A stretch of 64,000 bases of DNA from Clostridia bacterium (GTDB taxonomy: Bacteria; Bacillota; Clostridia; Christensenellales; CAG-917): NCBI GenBank assembly GCA_017461985.1, contig JAFTSA010000004.1:262053-326052 (forward strand), read 5' to 3'. The position numbers and the translations under genes are program-made. Position 1 is the first letter of the stretch, and every line of letters begins with the position of its first letter. The notes under the pieces are model-generated. The model was given only the letters and a program-made list of their open reading frames with translations. It was not told the DNA's origin and ran no database searches. Below are positions 1-10,284 of the stretch, in pieces.

Positions 1-341
1 TTGAAATTGAAAAGAAACTTGACAACAATTATCTTTTCTATTCAATCCCCGATCCTATTGTTGATATGGATTTCAAGAAGTTTATGAGCGAACTTTTCAA
101 GAATATGCTTTCTGACCATGAAATCACACTCCTTGACCTTGTCAAGGAGAAAGTCTGTCAAATGGCTTGCAAGAGTGCAATCAAGGGCGGAGATAGGCTC
201 AATCCTGGTCAAATTGAAGACACTGTTATGTCTTTCCTTGACGAGGAAGGCAAACTGCCCGAGAAATGCCCCCACGGCCGTCCTGCGGTGGTTAGATTGA
301 CTCAAAAGGACATCGAAAAGATGTTCAAGCGCATTGTGTAA
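1..341 (+). CDS. mutL: DNA mismatch repair protein MutL, C-terminal fragment (5' end lies outside the window)
   Basis: The frame of ORF 66..341 stays open back to base 3. The C-terminal text GKLPEKCPHGRPAVVRLTQKDIEKMFKR carries the CPHGRP motif of MutL C-terminal domains. miaA follows, as is common in Firmicutes. Confidence 0.85.
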   Translation, partial: EIEKKLDNNYLFYSIPDPIVDMDFKKFMSELFKNMLSDHEITLLDLVKEKVCQMACKSAIKGGDRLNPGQIEDTVMSFLDEEGKLPEKCPHGRPAVVRLTQKDIEKMFKRIV

Positions 342-342
342 T

Positions 343-1293
343 ATGGACAAGTCTTTCGCACGTGAACCTATATATATTGTAGGGCCCACAGGCTCGGGAA
401 AGTCTTCGCTTGCAATGAAACTCGCATTGCTTATGGACGGTGTTATCATTTCTGCTGACAGTATGCAGATATACAAGACACTTGACATAGGAACTGCAAA
501 AGAAAGTGTTGAAAACCGAAGCAAAGTTAGACACGAGATGATTGACATTGTTGATGTGGACAGCGAGTTTTCCGTGGCAGAATATGCTGTTCAAGCAAGG
601 CAGCACATCAAAGATGTGCTTGATGCGGGAAAAACTCCCATCGTTGTTGGTGGAACAGGGCTTTATTTTGAAGCGTTGTTTTACCCTATGAGTTTTGGAA
701 AGACCAACAAAGATGAAAAAGTTCGCAGTCGGCTCGAAAGTGAACTTGAACAATTTGGTGCAGAATATATGCACGACAAACTGGCGGAAGTCGATCCCGA
801 AACTGCAGAAAAATTGCACGTCAACGACACAAGACGAGTGATTCGTGCCTTGGAGATTGCAATTTGTGGTGGAAAAACAAAGTCAGAAAGTCGCGATGAA
901 ATGGAAAAACCCAACGTTTTGGTGATTGGTCTCAACACAGACCGCGCAAAACTTTACGACAGAATCAACAAGCGCGTGGAAATTATGTTTGAAGAAGGCC
1001 TTGTCAACGAGGTTTATTCAGTGGGCAGTTTTGACTACCAAAGCATGAAAGCAATTGGATACAAGGAGTTTGCCGTGGCAAAGCCCGCAAAAAATGCGGA
1101 TGGGAAGTTTGTTCTTGACAAAAATGCCGAGGAAGAAATCAAAACGACAATCCAAAAAAATACGAGAAATTACGCAAAACGTCAGTTGACTTGGTTTAGA
1201 AGATACGATTTTGTCAATTGGTTTGACGTTGAGGACCACGAAGGCGCAATACGTTTTGTTCAAGAAAAATTATTGAAAAATCCGCAGAATTAA
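343..1293 (+). CDS. miaA: tRNA dimethylallyltransferase
   Basis: P-loop GPTGSGKS near the N-terminus, ADSMQIYKTLDIGTAK, GGTGLY and RQLTWFRR. The track start at 334 is a TTG. The first ATG is at 343, 2 nt after the mutL stop. Confidence 0.95.
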   Translation: MDKSFAREPIYIVGPTGSGKSSLAMKLALLMDGVIISADSMQIYKTLDIGTAKESVENRSKVRHEMIDIVDVDSEFSVAEYAVQARQHIKDVLDAGKTPIVVGGTGLYFEALFYPMSFGKTNKDEKVRSRLESELEQFGAEYMHDKLAEVDPETAEKLHVNDTRRVIRALEIAICGGKTKSESRDEMEKPNVLVIGLNTDRAKLYDRINKRVEIMFEEGLVNEVYSVGSFDYQSMKAIGYKEFAVAKPAKNADGKFVLDKNAEEEIKTTIQKNTRNYAKRQLTWFRRYDFVNWFDVEDHEGAIRFVQEKLLKNPQN

Positions 1294-1380
1294 GAAAAAT
1301 CAAGAAAAATTAAACAAAACCATTCTAAAAAACACGATATTTTAGGATTAAAACTAGAAATTATTGATATTTGGTGATAT

Positions 1381-2628
1381 ATGAACTTTACAAAAACCAC
1401 TGCTCGCCAATTCGTTCGTGAGTGCGAGCAAGAATTGAGAAATGATTTTGAACGCGTTGATGATATCGCACTTCACAATCAAGAAAAAGTGCTGAAAGCG
1501 TTTCAAAACAACGGAATTCAAGCACGTCATATGTTTGGCACTACGGGTTATGGCTATGACGATATAGGCAGAGATACTTTGGCAAGAGTTTTTGCCGAGG
1601 TTTTAGGTGCAGAATCTGCCCTTGTTTCCCCACATATCGTGTCTGGCACCCACGCCTTAACACTTATGTTGTTTGGTGTCCTTCGTCCTAACGACACGCT
1701 TTTGGCGGTGTCAGGTATGCCGTACGACACACTTTGTGACGTAATTTCAGGTGAAAACAAAGGCTCTCTTGCAGATTATGGCGTGAAATTTGATGTGGTT
1801 GAACTAAATACCGTGGACAAACAGCCTGTTTTTGACTTTGATGAAATCGAAAATCGCCTGAAATCACAAAAGATTAAGGCTGTTTTTGTGGCAAGAAGCC
1901 GTGGATATTGCTGGCGCAGTGCTATAAGTGTCGAGCAAATTGCAGAACTTGTGAAATTTGTCAAGAAAATCAGCCCCGAAACCCTTGTTATTGTTGACAA
2001 TTGCTATGGTGAGTTTGTTGAAAAGATTGAGCCAAACGACGTGGGTGCAGATTTGGTGGCCGGTTCACTCATCAAAAACATCGGTGGCGGAATTGTGCCT
2101 ACTGGTGGCTATGTTGCAGGCAAAGAAAAATGGGTTGAACAAGTGGCGTTTAGACTTACTTCACCCTCAATTGGTGCTGAAGTTGGCTCATTTATTGGTG
2201 GCTATTTGCAATATTTTGAAGGTTTATTCTTGGCGCCGTCTGTTGTAAAAAATGCCGTTAGAAGCGCACTTTTGTTTGCAAAAGCCTATTCGAAACTAGG
2301 CTTTGAAACATTGCCTGACGGAAAAACGCCTCCTTATGACATTATCTGCAGTTTGAAACTGAATTCTGCTGAAAGACTTATCGATTTTTGTGGCGCAATT
2401 CAAGAAATTTCACCCATTGACAGCAACGTTGTTCCCATGCCTTGGGCAATGCCTGGCTATCAAGATGAAGTTATTATGGCTGCAGGTGCATTTGTACAAG
2501 GAGCTTCAATCGAACTTTCTGCTGATTCACCTATAAAAGAACCTTATATTGCTTATATTCAAGGTGCTTTGACTTATGAACACGCACTTTTGGCGGTTGA
2601 ACACACCCTTGTAAAGACCGTCAAATAA
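1381..2628 (+). CDS. Methionine gamma-lyase family PLP enzyme (aluminium-resistance / YnbB type)
   Basis: 415 aa. The N-terminal text HNQEKVLKAFQNNGIQARHMFGTTGYGYDDIGRDTL and VSGTHAL are typical of the YnbB/aluminium-resistance family that often follows miaA(-hfq) in Firmicutes. Confidence 0.8.
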   Translation: MNFTKTTARQFVRECEQELRNDFERVDDIALHNQEKVLKAFQNNGIQARHMFGTTGYGYDDIGRDTLARVFAEVLGAESALVSPHIVSGTHALTLMLFGVLRPNDTLLAVSGMPYDTLCDVISGENKGSLADYGVKFDVVELNTVDKQPVFDFDEIENRLKSQKIKAVFVARSRGYCWRSAISVEQIAELVKFVKKISPETLVIVDNCYGEFVEKIEPNDVGADLVAGSLIKNIGGGIVPTGGYVAGKEKWVEQVAFRLTSPSIGAEVGSFIGGYLQYFEGLFLAPSVVKNAVRSALLFAKAYSKLGFETLPDGKTPPYDIICSLKLNSAERLIDFCGAIQEISPIDSNVVPMPWAMPGYQDEVIMAAGAFVQGASIELSADSPIKEPYIAYIQGALTYEHALLAVEHTLVKTVK

Positions 2629-2681
2629 TCAAAGTTTCGAAAAAAGCTTTGTTCAGCTTGAAATTTTAATATTTTGCATAA

Positions 2682-2707
2682 AGAACGGTCATTTGGCCGT
2701 TTTTTTG
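2682..2707 (+). terminator. Rho-independent terminator after the ynbB-like gene
   Basis: Stem AACGGTC / GGCCGTT with loop ATTT, followed by a run of six T (2701..2706). Confidence 0.7.
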
Positions 2708-2763
2708 TTGATTTTTTTGATAATTTGCATTGAATTAACCACTTATCAATGCGAATTTTTGGC

Positions 2764-2990
2764 ATATTTTTGGGTGATTTTCTTGGGATTTTAGCGGGAT
2801 TTTCAGCGGTAATTTGATCTTATTTTTACCGGTAAAACAATTGGTAATCTACACGGTAAAATAAATTGAGTTTTGTTGCGATTGTTAAAATTGATTTGTG
2901 GAATTTGCAGGAATTTTGCTTGGTAAATTGGCGAGATTTTTGTCGTCATTTTGTTGGGCAAAATTATGGGATTTTCAGCGGTAAACAAGC
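2764..2990. repeat. Array of about 20 T/A tracts phased at about 11 bp; includes three tandem GGGATTTT-type units and a repeated GGGATTTTCAGCGGTAA
   Basis: ATTTT/AATTT/AAAAT tracts begin at about 2766, 2777, 2788, 2799, 2811, 2822, 2834 ... 2902, 2912, 2925, 2936, 2948, 2960 and 2971. The 17-mer gggattttcagcggtaa occurs at 2796..2812 and 2968..2984. Confidence 0.6.
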
Positions 2991-3542
2991 CTACAGTCAA
3001 ATGGCGTTTTGTCGATGTAACTGAATGTGCAAATTTCAATGAAACAAATGTGGCTCATAAGGTGAGATTATTTGATAAAATACTAGACAGTAATAAACTG
3101 GCAAACAGTACAGGATCTTTAGCGGAAATATCGGTGGAATTGTCGCCGGATTGAGAGCCGACAATCCAACGGATTATGCGTTGAAATGATGAGATAATCG
3201 GTAGATTTGGTTATGCGAAATCAAAGGTTTATTTGAATAAATGATATATAAAAGATTCAAATTGAAATCAAATTTTGAAATAACATATTAAATATTCAAA
3301 ATATTTAAAATAGTTAACCTCCACTATTTAGTAGCATTTTTGCCACTTTTTATGCGTAAAAGCTGTGTTTTGCGAATAGTTTGAAATAGGTTCTCCACTC
3401 AGTATTCAATTCCAAAAATGCGGGAAAATTAAAAAAGCAACATCTCTGCTGCTTTTCATTTTAGTTACTTTTACAACTTAACTGTTCAAGTTTAATTCGC
3501 TTATTGGGTTGCCTTTGTTTGTTTTGAATATAACCAATGTGA

Positions 3543-4415
3543 CTATTTCAAAAGTTTGCTCTGCCAAATGTTTTTCATTTCCAGAGCGTCCTCACTTTGT
3601 GTTCCTGCTGACTCACTGAGGATGTGAGGCGTGAGATTATTCTTCACTATTACATCGGCAAATGAATCGAACTCAGGTCCGTAGATTTGGTCATCAAATG
3701 TAAGGTGTTTGATTTCTCCCTTAGGACCGTATTGTATCTTGCTGAAATGTACGTGCATATTTTTGGTCTTTTCTTCCCCAAGTCCGTCAAACATCTTGTC
3801 TACGATTGCTTGGAAATCGTCTTTGTTTTTGAGAATTCCGCCGTAAAGCGCATTGATATGACCAAAGTCTACGCAAGGATACACGTTGTCACCAAGTTTG
3901 CAAAGGTCGATGACCTCCTCTACTGTTCCTATTTGTGCGGATTTGCCCATAGTTTCAGGACATACCAGCATATCGTCAAGCCCTTGAGCCTTGATTTCAT
4001 CAAGAGCACGGATGAAGGCGTCTTTTGCCCTTGCGTATGCTTCTGCACGGGGTTTTCCGCCCTCTGAGCCTGTGTGGAAGATGCATCTTTGTCCGCCAAG
4101 TTGACGAAGTGCACGTAATGATGCGGTGAGATAACCAATTGAGTTGTCGACTTTTTCTTGCTCAACTGAGGCAAGTGAAATAAAATAAGGTGCATGAACG
4201 CTTATTTCAATGCCATACTCCGCTGCTTCTCTGCCAATTTCTCTAGCAGTTTTTTCACTGAGACGAACACCCTTTCCAAAGGAATATTCAAACAGTTCCA
4301 AACCAAGTGATGACACCCATTTGGGCATTTCGATGGTTGCTGAGTGGTCAAGCAAGAAACTTTCAGAGTGTCCAGAAGGACCGAATTTTGGTGTTTTAGT
4401 AAGTTTAATTTCCAT
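3543..4415 (-). CDS. Endonuclease IV-like TIM-barrel protein (xylose-isomerase-like fold)
   Basis: 290 aa. VHAPYFISLAS, IFHTGS, CPETMGK, CVDFGHINA and HVHFSKIQYG parallel the metal-ligand blocks of the Nfo/AP-endonuclease 2 family. The exact activity was not verified. Confidence 0.6.
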   Translation of the reverse strand: MEIKLTKTPKFGPSGHSESFLLDHSATIEMPKWVSSLGLELFEYSFGKGVRLSEKTAREIGREAAEYGIEISVHAPYFISLASVEQEKVDNSIGYLTASLRALRQLGGQRCIFHTGSEGGKPRAEAYARAKDAFIRALDEIKAQGLDDMLVCPETMGKSAQIGTVEEVIDLCKLGDNVYPCVDFGHINALYGGILKNKDDFQAIVDKMFDGLGEEKTKNMHVHFSKIQYGPKGEIKHLTFDDQIYGPEFDSFADVIVKNNLTPHILSESAGTQSEDALEMKNIWQSKLLK

Positions 4416-4438
4416 AATTTAAGCGGTTAGATGCTCGA

Positions 4439-5341
4439 TTAATTGAAAAATTCACGAGCCTCTTTTTCATCAATTTTCATTTGATTGCAAAGTGCGGGTA
4501 CGGAGGTAAACTTGGTCACTTCGCGGAGTTTTTTGTGGAATTCCACTTGAATTGTCTTTCCGTAAATGTCTTTGCTGAAATCAAGAATATGTGTTTCGAT
4601 GGTGTGATTGTTTTCTCCAAAAGTGGGCTTAGGACCAACGTTTGTTATGCCGATATACGATTTGCCATCAAGATACACTTTGGTGATATATATGCCTGTT
4701 GCAAGCATAGTTGTGTTGTTGTGCTCTTCTACGTTTGCTGTGGGATAACCGATTATTGTGCCACGATGTCTTGCGTGCACCACTTCACCGACAATGAAAT
4801 AAGGTTGTGTAAGAAGTGAGTTTGCAACTTGAATATCGCCGTCTTCCAAGAATTTTTTGATATATCTTGTGGAAATTTTCTTTGTGTTTGCTTTTTCAAA
4901 AGGAACAATCTTCACTTTTACGTTTTTTTCTGCAAAATATTCCTTCAAAAGGCATACGTTGCCCTCGGCACCCTTGCCGAAGGTGTAATCTCTGCCGGCA
5001 ACCACGCCGACGATATTAAATCTAGTGCAAAGGCTGTCAAGATATTGTATGGGTGTTTGCTCTGCAAACTCTTTTGTGAATTCTTCACAAATAACGTTGT
5101 CAATGCCTTGATTTTTGAATACGATTTTGCGTTCCTCAATTGAGTAAACCTGTGCTTTTTTGTTGAGGAGCGAATTGGGGTCATTGCCAAAAGTTGAAAT
5201 TGCAGTTTCGCCACCGACTTTGCCAGCCATTTTCTTTGCTTCGTTGATGAGTGCAAGATGTCCAAGGTGTACGCAATCGAAAAATCCTAATGCCAAAACA
5301 ATAGGTTTTTCATAATGGTCTGTGCTCAAAAAAACGTTCAT
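4439..5341 (-). CDS. ribF: Bifunctional riboflavin kinase / FAD synthetase
   Basis: N-terminal GFFDCVHLGHLALI nucleotidyltransferase block and C-terminal GYPTANV riboflavin-kinase block. Conserved truB-ribF pairing. Confidence 0.95.
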   Translation of the reverse strand: MNVFLSTDHYEKPIVLALGFFDCVHLGHLALINEAKKMAGKVGGETAISTFGNDPNSLLNKKAQVYSIEERKIVFKNQGIDNVICEEFTKEFAEQTPIQYLDSLCTRFNIVGVVAGRDYTFGKGAEGNVCLLKEYFAEKNVKVKIVPFEKANTKKISTRYIKKFLEDGDIQVANSLLTQPYFIVGEVVHARHRGTIIGYPTANVEEHNNTTMLATGIYITKVYLDGKSYIGITNVGPKPTFGENNHTIETHILDFSKDIYGKTIQVEFHKKLREVTKFTSVPALCNQMKIDEKEAREFFN

Positions 5342-5342
5342 A

Positions 5343-6212
5343 TTATACCAACCTCAATTTGATTGAAAGATTGCCGGCTACACTTTCAGCAAGGCCGAAA
5401 ACTTCACCATCTATTGTTGCTACAAACGTGCCCTCTGGCAAGTCATCAAATGCGACCTTGATGCCGTTGAGCACTTTTTTTCTATATTCTGGGCGGATTT
5501 CATAGAAAGGAAGAAATGAGAGTGCCTTTTCCATTGTGATTAGATGGTCAAAGGGTGCTGCCTCAAAGTCCTTTATATCCACTGAATTGTCAAGATTGAA
5601 AAGTCCACTTTCCGTGCGTGTGAGTGCGCTCATATAACCATAAGTGCCAAGGGCAGATGCAATATCTCTTGCAATGGCTCTTATATACGTGCCTGCTCCA
5701 CAAACTATTTCAAAGTGGAATTTGTTGTCCTCTCCGTCGATGAGTTTAATATCGTAGATATTAACTTTCTTTGCAGGGAGTGAAAGTTCCACGCCTTTTC
5801 TGGCATACTCGTATGCTCTTTTGCCGTCAACCGATTTTGCCGAATAGGTGGGAGGGATTTGGTCGATTTCACCAATAAGGCTTGGCAAAACCGATTCAAT
5901 TTGCTCTTTGGTGACGACTTTATCGTCACGATTTGTTTCGATGCCCCAAGCATCTAAAGTGTCTGTGGTGCGTCCGAAAACGAATTCTGCAACGTATGTC
6001 TTTCTCTTTTCACTTAGAAAATCAAAAAGCCTTGTTGCTTTGCCTATTGCAACAGGCAAAACACCAGTTGCCATAGGGTCAAGAGTGCCCATATGGCCGA
6101 CTTTGTATCTTTCACCAGTGACTCGGCGCATAATGCCTCTCAGAACTACGACGGCATCACTTGACGTCATATCCTGAGGCTTGCGTATGTTTACAAATGC
6201 GCAGACACTCAT
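5343..6212 (-). CDS. truB: tRNA pseudouridine(55) synthase
   Basis: KVGHMGTLDPMATGVLPVAIGKATR catalytic-Asp block and PPTYSAKSVDGKRAYE. Conserved position after rbfA/nrnA. Confidence 0.95.
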   Translation of the reverse strand: MSVCAFVNIRKPQDMTSSDAVVVLRGIMRRVTGERYKVGHMGTLDPMATGVLPVAIGKATRLFDFLSEKRKTYVAEFVFGRTTDTLDAWGIETNRDDKVVTKEQIESVLPSLIGEIDQIPPTYSAKSVDGKRAYEYARKGVELSLPAKKVNIYDIKLIDGEDNKFHFEIVCGAGTYIRAIARDIASALGTYGYMSALTRTESGLFNLDNSVDIKDFEAAPFDHLITMEKALSFLPFYEIRPEYRKKVLNGIKVAFDDLPEGTFVATIDGEVFGLAESVAGNLSIKLRLV

Positions 6213-7174
6213 AGCCTATCCCTTGCAACCTTCAAAAGTTTGTCGACAATGTCTTCATAGTAGCCGTTGAGACGGCAACCTGCTGCTCTATTGTGCCCAC
6301 CGCCACCAAATTCACGGGCGATGTCGCTGGCGTCTATGCCGTCCTTTGAGCGGATCATAATCTTGTATGACCTGTTGGCTGCCTCTGCAATTGCATACGC
6401 AACTTTGACGGTGTCAATGTCGATGACTCCAACGATTGTGCCAAGAGTGTCGTTCATTGACGTTGAGGTTTCCTCAAAGTCCTTTGCGGTGAAAGTTATG
6501 ATTGCAATTTGATTGTCATCAAAAAACTTGCATTTTGAAAGCACTCTGTTTTCAAGCATAAACTTGTTTACGCTAGTCTTTTTGAAGACGTCGTAAATGA
6601 CTTTTCCTCCATCAAAACCATAGGACATAAGCTCTCCTGCGATTTTGTGGGTGGTTTCATTGACGGATGAAAATTGAAAACAACCGCTGTCAGTGACGAT
6701 GCCTGCAAACAAAAGTTCTGCAACGTCTTTGCTCGTAAGCTTCATATAGGTCAACAGACGATATACGATTTCTGCACAGGCAGAAACATCGGTGTCAAGC
6801 AAAGTGACGTCAGCAAATTTTGCGTGAGTTTTGTGATGGTCAATGGCAATTTGCACCTTTGATGAAAGAAAAGATCTCATTGCATTGCCAATGCGTTCAA
6901 GACTGTCGCAGTCAACGGCAATTGACAAGTCGTGCACTTTCTTTTCAGGCAACTTGACGGAATCTGCCCCATTCAAAACACAAAGTGTTTTAGGCACAGG
7001 GTCTACTGAATAAACATCAACTTGTTTGCCAAGGGAAATCAGTGCAAGACGCAACGAAAGTGCGCAAGACAAAGTGTCGCAGTCAGGATTGACGTGTGTG
7101 TAAATTGACACGCTGTTTGCCTTTGCGATTTCTTTGGATACGCGGATAAACTTTTCTTTCTCGTTTTGAATCAT
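6209..7174 (-). CDS. nrnA: DHH/DHHA1 family phosphoesterase (NrnA-type nanoRNase / pAp phosphatase)
   Basis: HVNPDCDTLSC (DxD), AVDCDS, AIDHHKTH (DHH) and GGGGHNRAAG (DHHA1 GGGH) motifs. Confidence 0.85.
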   Translation of the reverse strand: MIQNEKEKFIRVSKEIAKANSVSIYTHVNPDCDTLSCALSLRLALISLGKQVDVYSVDPVPKTLCVLNGADSVKLPEKKVHDLSIAVDCDSLERIGNAMRSFLSSKVQIAIDHHKTHAKFADVTLLDTDVSACAEIVYRLLTYMKLTSKDVAELLFAGIVTDSGCFQFSSVNETTHKIAGELMSYGFDGGKVIYDVFKKTSVNKFMLENRVLSKCKFFDDNQIAIITFTAKDFEETSTSMNDTLGTIVGVIDIDTVKVAYAIAEAANRSYKIMIRSKDGIDASDIAREFGGGGHNRAAGCRLNGYYEDIVDKLLKVARDRL

Positions 7175-7187
7175 TGGTGTTTCAAGT

Positions 7188-7562
7188 TCAGTTTTCGTCC
7201 TCTTCTTCTGCGGGAGGAATCACCATTGTTGACAAAATTTTGTCAATATGCATACCGTAGTCCACGCTGTTGTCAATGACGAAGTTGAATTCGGGCATAA
7301 GGCGGATTTGAACTGCATCCTTGATTTTGTTGCGTATGAACATTCTGCTTCTAACCACGGTGTCAAATGCTTCTTTCTTTTTCTCGTCGCTGTCAGCATA
7401 GACGGAAAGATGCACTTTTGCATATTTAAGGTCGGGAGTTGTGTGAACTTTGGTCACGCTAACGATTGCACCTTGAAGACGAGGGTCTTTGATGTCGTTG
7501 GCAATGACCTTGGCGATTTGCCTTTGAAGTTCACCATTTACTCTATCAATACGTATTTTCAT
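7188..7562 (-). CDS. rbfA: Ribosome-binding factor A
   Basis: RVNGELQRQIAKVI...DPRL...VSVTKVHTTPDLKYAKV family text. The ATG overlaps the infB stop (TAATG). Confidence 0.95.
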   Translation of the reverse strand: MKIRIDRVNGELQRQIAKVIANDIKDPRLQGAIVSVTKVHTTPDLKYAKVHLSVYADSDEKKKEAFDTVVRSRMFIRNKIKDAVQIRLMPEFNFVIDNSVDYGMHIDKILSTMVIPPAEEEDEN

Positions 7563-10282
7563 TAGATTTGCTCCAATTGATATGCTTCGATCACGTCGTC
7601 AACCTTGACGTCGGGATAGTTCAAAAGCATGATGCCGCAATCGTAGTTTCTTGCGATTTCCTTGACATCGTCCTTGCCGTGGCGCAGTGATGCGATTTCT
7701 GTGTCGACTTCCACCTTGCCGTTGCGGATAAGACGTGCTCTTGCGTTGCGAAGAATCTTGCCGTCTGTACAGTGGCAACCTGCGATTGTGCCAACACCTG
7801 AAATCTTAAAGATTTCACGGACGTCTGCTTGACCGAGGACAACTTCTCTATACTTGGGTGCCAACAAGCCTTTGACTGCTGCTTCAATGTCTTCGATTGC
7901 CTTGTAGATGACGTTGTAGAAACGGATGTCAATCTTCTTTTGTGCTGCAAGTGATTTTGCGTTTGCATCAGGACGGACGTTGAAGCCAATGATGATTGCC
8001 TTTGCAGTGTCTGCAAGTGAAACGTCGCTTTCGTTGATTGCACCAACACCACCATGGATGATTTCAATGTTGACTTCTTCGTTGCCCAATTTGCCGAGAG
8101 ATTGCTTGACTGCTTCCAGTGAGCCTTGGACGTCTGCTTTGATGATGAGTTTGACTGTCTTAAGCTCACCCTTTGAAATCTTGTCAAAGAGGTCGTCCAG
8201 GTTGACTGCACCACTTGAATCGTCTTTCTTGGTTGCAAGTTTGAGTTTTCTTTCCGCAGAAAGATCTCTTGCAAAGCGATCGCTTTCAACAACGTCCATA
8301 ATGTCGCCTGCTTCGGGGAGTTCATCCCAACCAGTGACTGAAACGGGGGTTGAAGGACCTGCTTTCTTAACTTGCTTGCCCTTGTCGTCGATCATGACTT
8401 TGACTCTGCCGGTTGCGGTGCCTGCGATCATATCATCACCACATGAGAGTGTGCCTGATTGAACGAGGACTGTTGCAATCTTGCCAAGACCTTTGTCCAT
8501 ACGTGCTTCAATGATTGTGCCACGTGCGGTGAGTTTGGGATTTGCCTTGAGCTCTCTGATTTCTGCAAGGATGAGGACGTTTTCAAGGAGTTCTTCAACG
8601 CCTGTACCAACTTTTGCAGATACGTTCACAACAGGAGTTTCACCGCCCCAAATTTCGGGGAGCAGACCGTGTTCTGTCAATTGATTTAGCACTCTGTCGG
8701 GGTTTGCACTGACCTTGTCAATCTTGTTGCAAGCAACGATGATAGGCACGTTTGCTTGTCTTGCGTGGTTGATTGCTTCAATGGTTTGAGGCATAATGCC
8801 GTCATCTGCTGCGACCACGAGGATTGCAATGTCGGTTGCTTGTGCGCCTCTAGCACGCATTGTTGTAAATGCTTCGTGGCCAGGGGTGTCAAGGAACGTG
8901 ATGGGCTTGCCGTTGAGAGAAATGGTGTATGCACCGATATGTTGGGTGATTCCGCCCGCTTCTCCGCCGGTGACGTTTGACTTACGGATATAGTCAAGGA
9001 GTGACGTCTTGCCGTGGTCAACGTGACCCATAATACAAACCACGGGAGGACGTGTGACAAGACCGCCTTGTGCTGCTTGCTTTTCGCGCATTGCGATGAG
9101 TTCGTCTTCGTAGGTTGATTCGGGACGAAGTTCCAAGGTTATGGGATGGTCCTTGCTCAGTTCTGCGGTGACAAGTTCTGCAGTTTCAAAGTCAATGCTG
9201 CCATTGATATTTTTGATGATGCCAAGGAGGAACAGTGTGCTGATGATTTCTGCACCGGTCTTGCCAATCTTTTCGCTGAGAACTTTGATAGGCACAGGGT
9301 CTGTTGTGATGACTGCGTGCTCAATGACGATTGCGTTTTGTGCTGATTGTCCCTTTTGCTTGTTGCCGGACTTGTGACCACGCCACTTGAAGTCTTCATC
9401 ATCAGTCATGGCTCTTGTTTCGTCAACAATATAGCCACGCTTCATAAGTTGATACTTGTTTGCACCAGTTTCAGTAAACTTCTTTGATCCGTCGTTGGTC
9501 TTTCCACCCTTGTTATTTCTTTGATTTTGCTTGGGAGGGAATTGTTGAGCAGCGTTTTGCAATGAAACGTTGTTTGAGCCAACTTGTTGGTTGGGGCGAG
9601 GTGCATTGGGACGTTTGTCGGGTGCGCCTGCTCCGCCTACTTGTTGACCTTGAGGACGGGGACCTCTGGGTGCTCTTGTATCATATCCGCCGGGGAAAAC
9701 TCTAGTTTCAGTTTTCTTGGGTTTTTCGGGGGGAATATATTGTTCTCTTTGTGTGCCGTCAGAATATTTGATAAGCCAAACATTGGGCTTGCCGGTGGCA
9801 ATTCTTTCTATTTCAGCAGGTTGGGAGGATTGCTTTTTGGGTTGTGCAGGTTTGCCATCCTTCTTGCCTTCTGCGGGCTTTTCTTCTTTCTTTTGGGCGG
9901 GCTTGTTTACCTTTTCGGCCTTGACAGGTTTCACCTCGGGAGCGGGCTTTTCTACAACAGATTCTGCCTTTTTAGGTTCGGCAACTTCCACGGGTTTTTC
10001 TCCCGCTTTGGGTGCTTCGACCACTTCCGCCTTGAGTTCTTCTGCCTTGACTTCCTTCACTTCGGGCTTGACTTCCACTTCTTCTGCGACTGCTTCTGCT
10101 CTTTCTTTTTCAAGAGCAAGTTCGCGCAGTTGAGCCATCTTTGCCTTGATTGATTCCTTCAAAACTACGGCACGGCTCTTTTCACGTGAAATTTGTTGCA
10201 TCAATGATGCATACTTTTCGCCCTTATAGGATTGCAACAATTTGATGTTGTCTTGGGGGTTAGTTGTTTTGTTTTCGGCCAT
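7562..10282 (-). CDS. infB: Translation initiation factor IF-2
   Basis: 906 aa. Low-complexity K/E/A/P-rich N-terminus, then GTPase blocks [20 protein letters not shown] and NKID, and the IF-2 C-terminal domains. Confidence 0.97.
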   Translation of the reverse strand: MAENKTTNPQDNIKLLQSYKGEKYASLMQQISREKSRAVVLKESIKAKMAQLRELALEKERAEAVAEEVEVKPEVKEVKAEELKAEVVEAPKAGEKPVEVAEPKKAESVVEKPAPEVKPVKAEKVNKPAQKKEEKPAEGKKDGKPAQPKKQSSQPAEIERIATGKPNVWLIKYSDGTQREQYIPPEKPKKTETRVFPGGYDTRAPRGPRPQGQQVGGAGAPDKRPNAPRPNQQVGSNNVSLQNAAQQFPPKQNQRNNKGGKTNDGSKKFTETGANKYQLMKRGYIVDETRAMTDDEDFKWRGHKSGNKQKGQSAQNAIVIEHAVITTDPVPIKVLSEKIGKTGAEIISTLFLLGIIKNINGSIDFETAELVTAELSKDHPITLELRPESTYEDELIAMREKQAAQGGLVTRPPVVCIMGHVDHGKTSLLDYIRKSNVTGGEAGGITQHIGAYTISLNGKPITFLDTPGHEAFTTMRARGAQATDIAILVVAADDGIMPQTIEAINHARQANVPIIVACNKIDKVSANPDRVLNQLTEHGLLPEIWGGETPVVNVSAKVGTGVEELLENVLILAEIRELKANPKLTARGTIIEARMDKGLGKIATVLVQSGTLSCGDDMIAGTATGRVKVMIDDKGKQVKKAGPSTPVSVTGWDELPEAGDIMDVVESDRFARDLSAERKLKLATKKDDSSGAVNLDDLFDKISKGELKTVKLIIKADVQGSLEAVKQSLGKLGNEEVNIEIIHGGVGAINESDVSLADTAKAIIIGFNVRPDANAKSLAAQKKIDIRFYNVIYKAIEDIEAAVKGLLAPKYREVVLGQADVREIFKISGVGTIAGCHCTDGKILRNARARLIRNGKVEVDTEIASLRHGKDDVKEIARNYDCGIMLLNYPDVKVDDVIEAYQLEQI

Positions 10283-10284
10283 AT

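Noticed and set aside
42-548. 168-aa minus-strand ORF overlapping the mutL/miaA junction
   Set aside because: It is antisense to two confidently identified genes, has no motif, and spans a gene boundary.
2629-3542. Replication origin (oriC-like): long non-coding region with repeats and a nearly pure A+T block
   Set aside because: There is no cluster of DnaA boxes (TTATCCACA/TGTGGATAA); only a single loose TGTGGAAT at about 2897. There is no dnaA/dnaN/parB neighbourhood, and gene orientation does not switch here as it would at an origin.
7621-10153. Long alternative-frame and antisense ORFs inside infB (for example 7621..8325, 7926..8462, 9584..10153, 9717..10133)
   Set aside because: They are fully nested in a confidently identified IF-2 gene. 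Their low-complexity S/T/L/F-rich translations are typical of off-frame reading of K/E/A/P-rich coding DNA.
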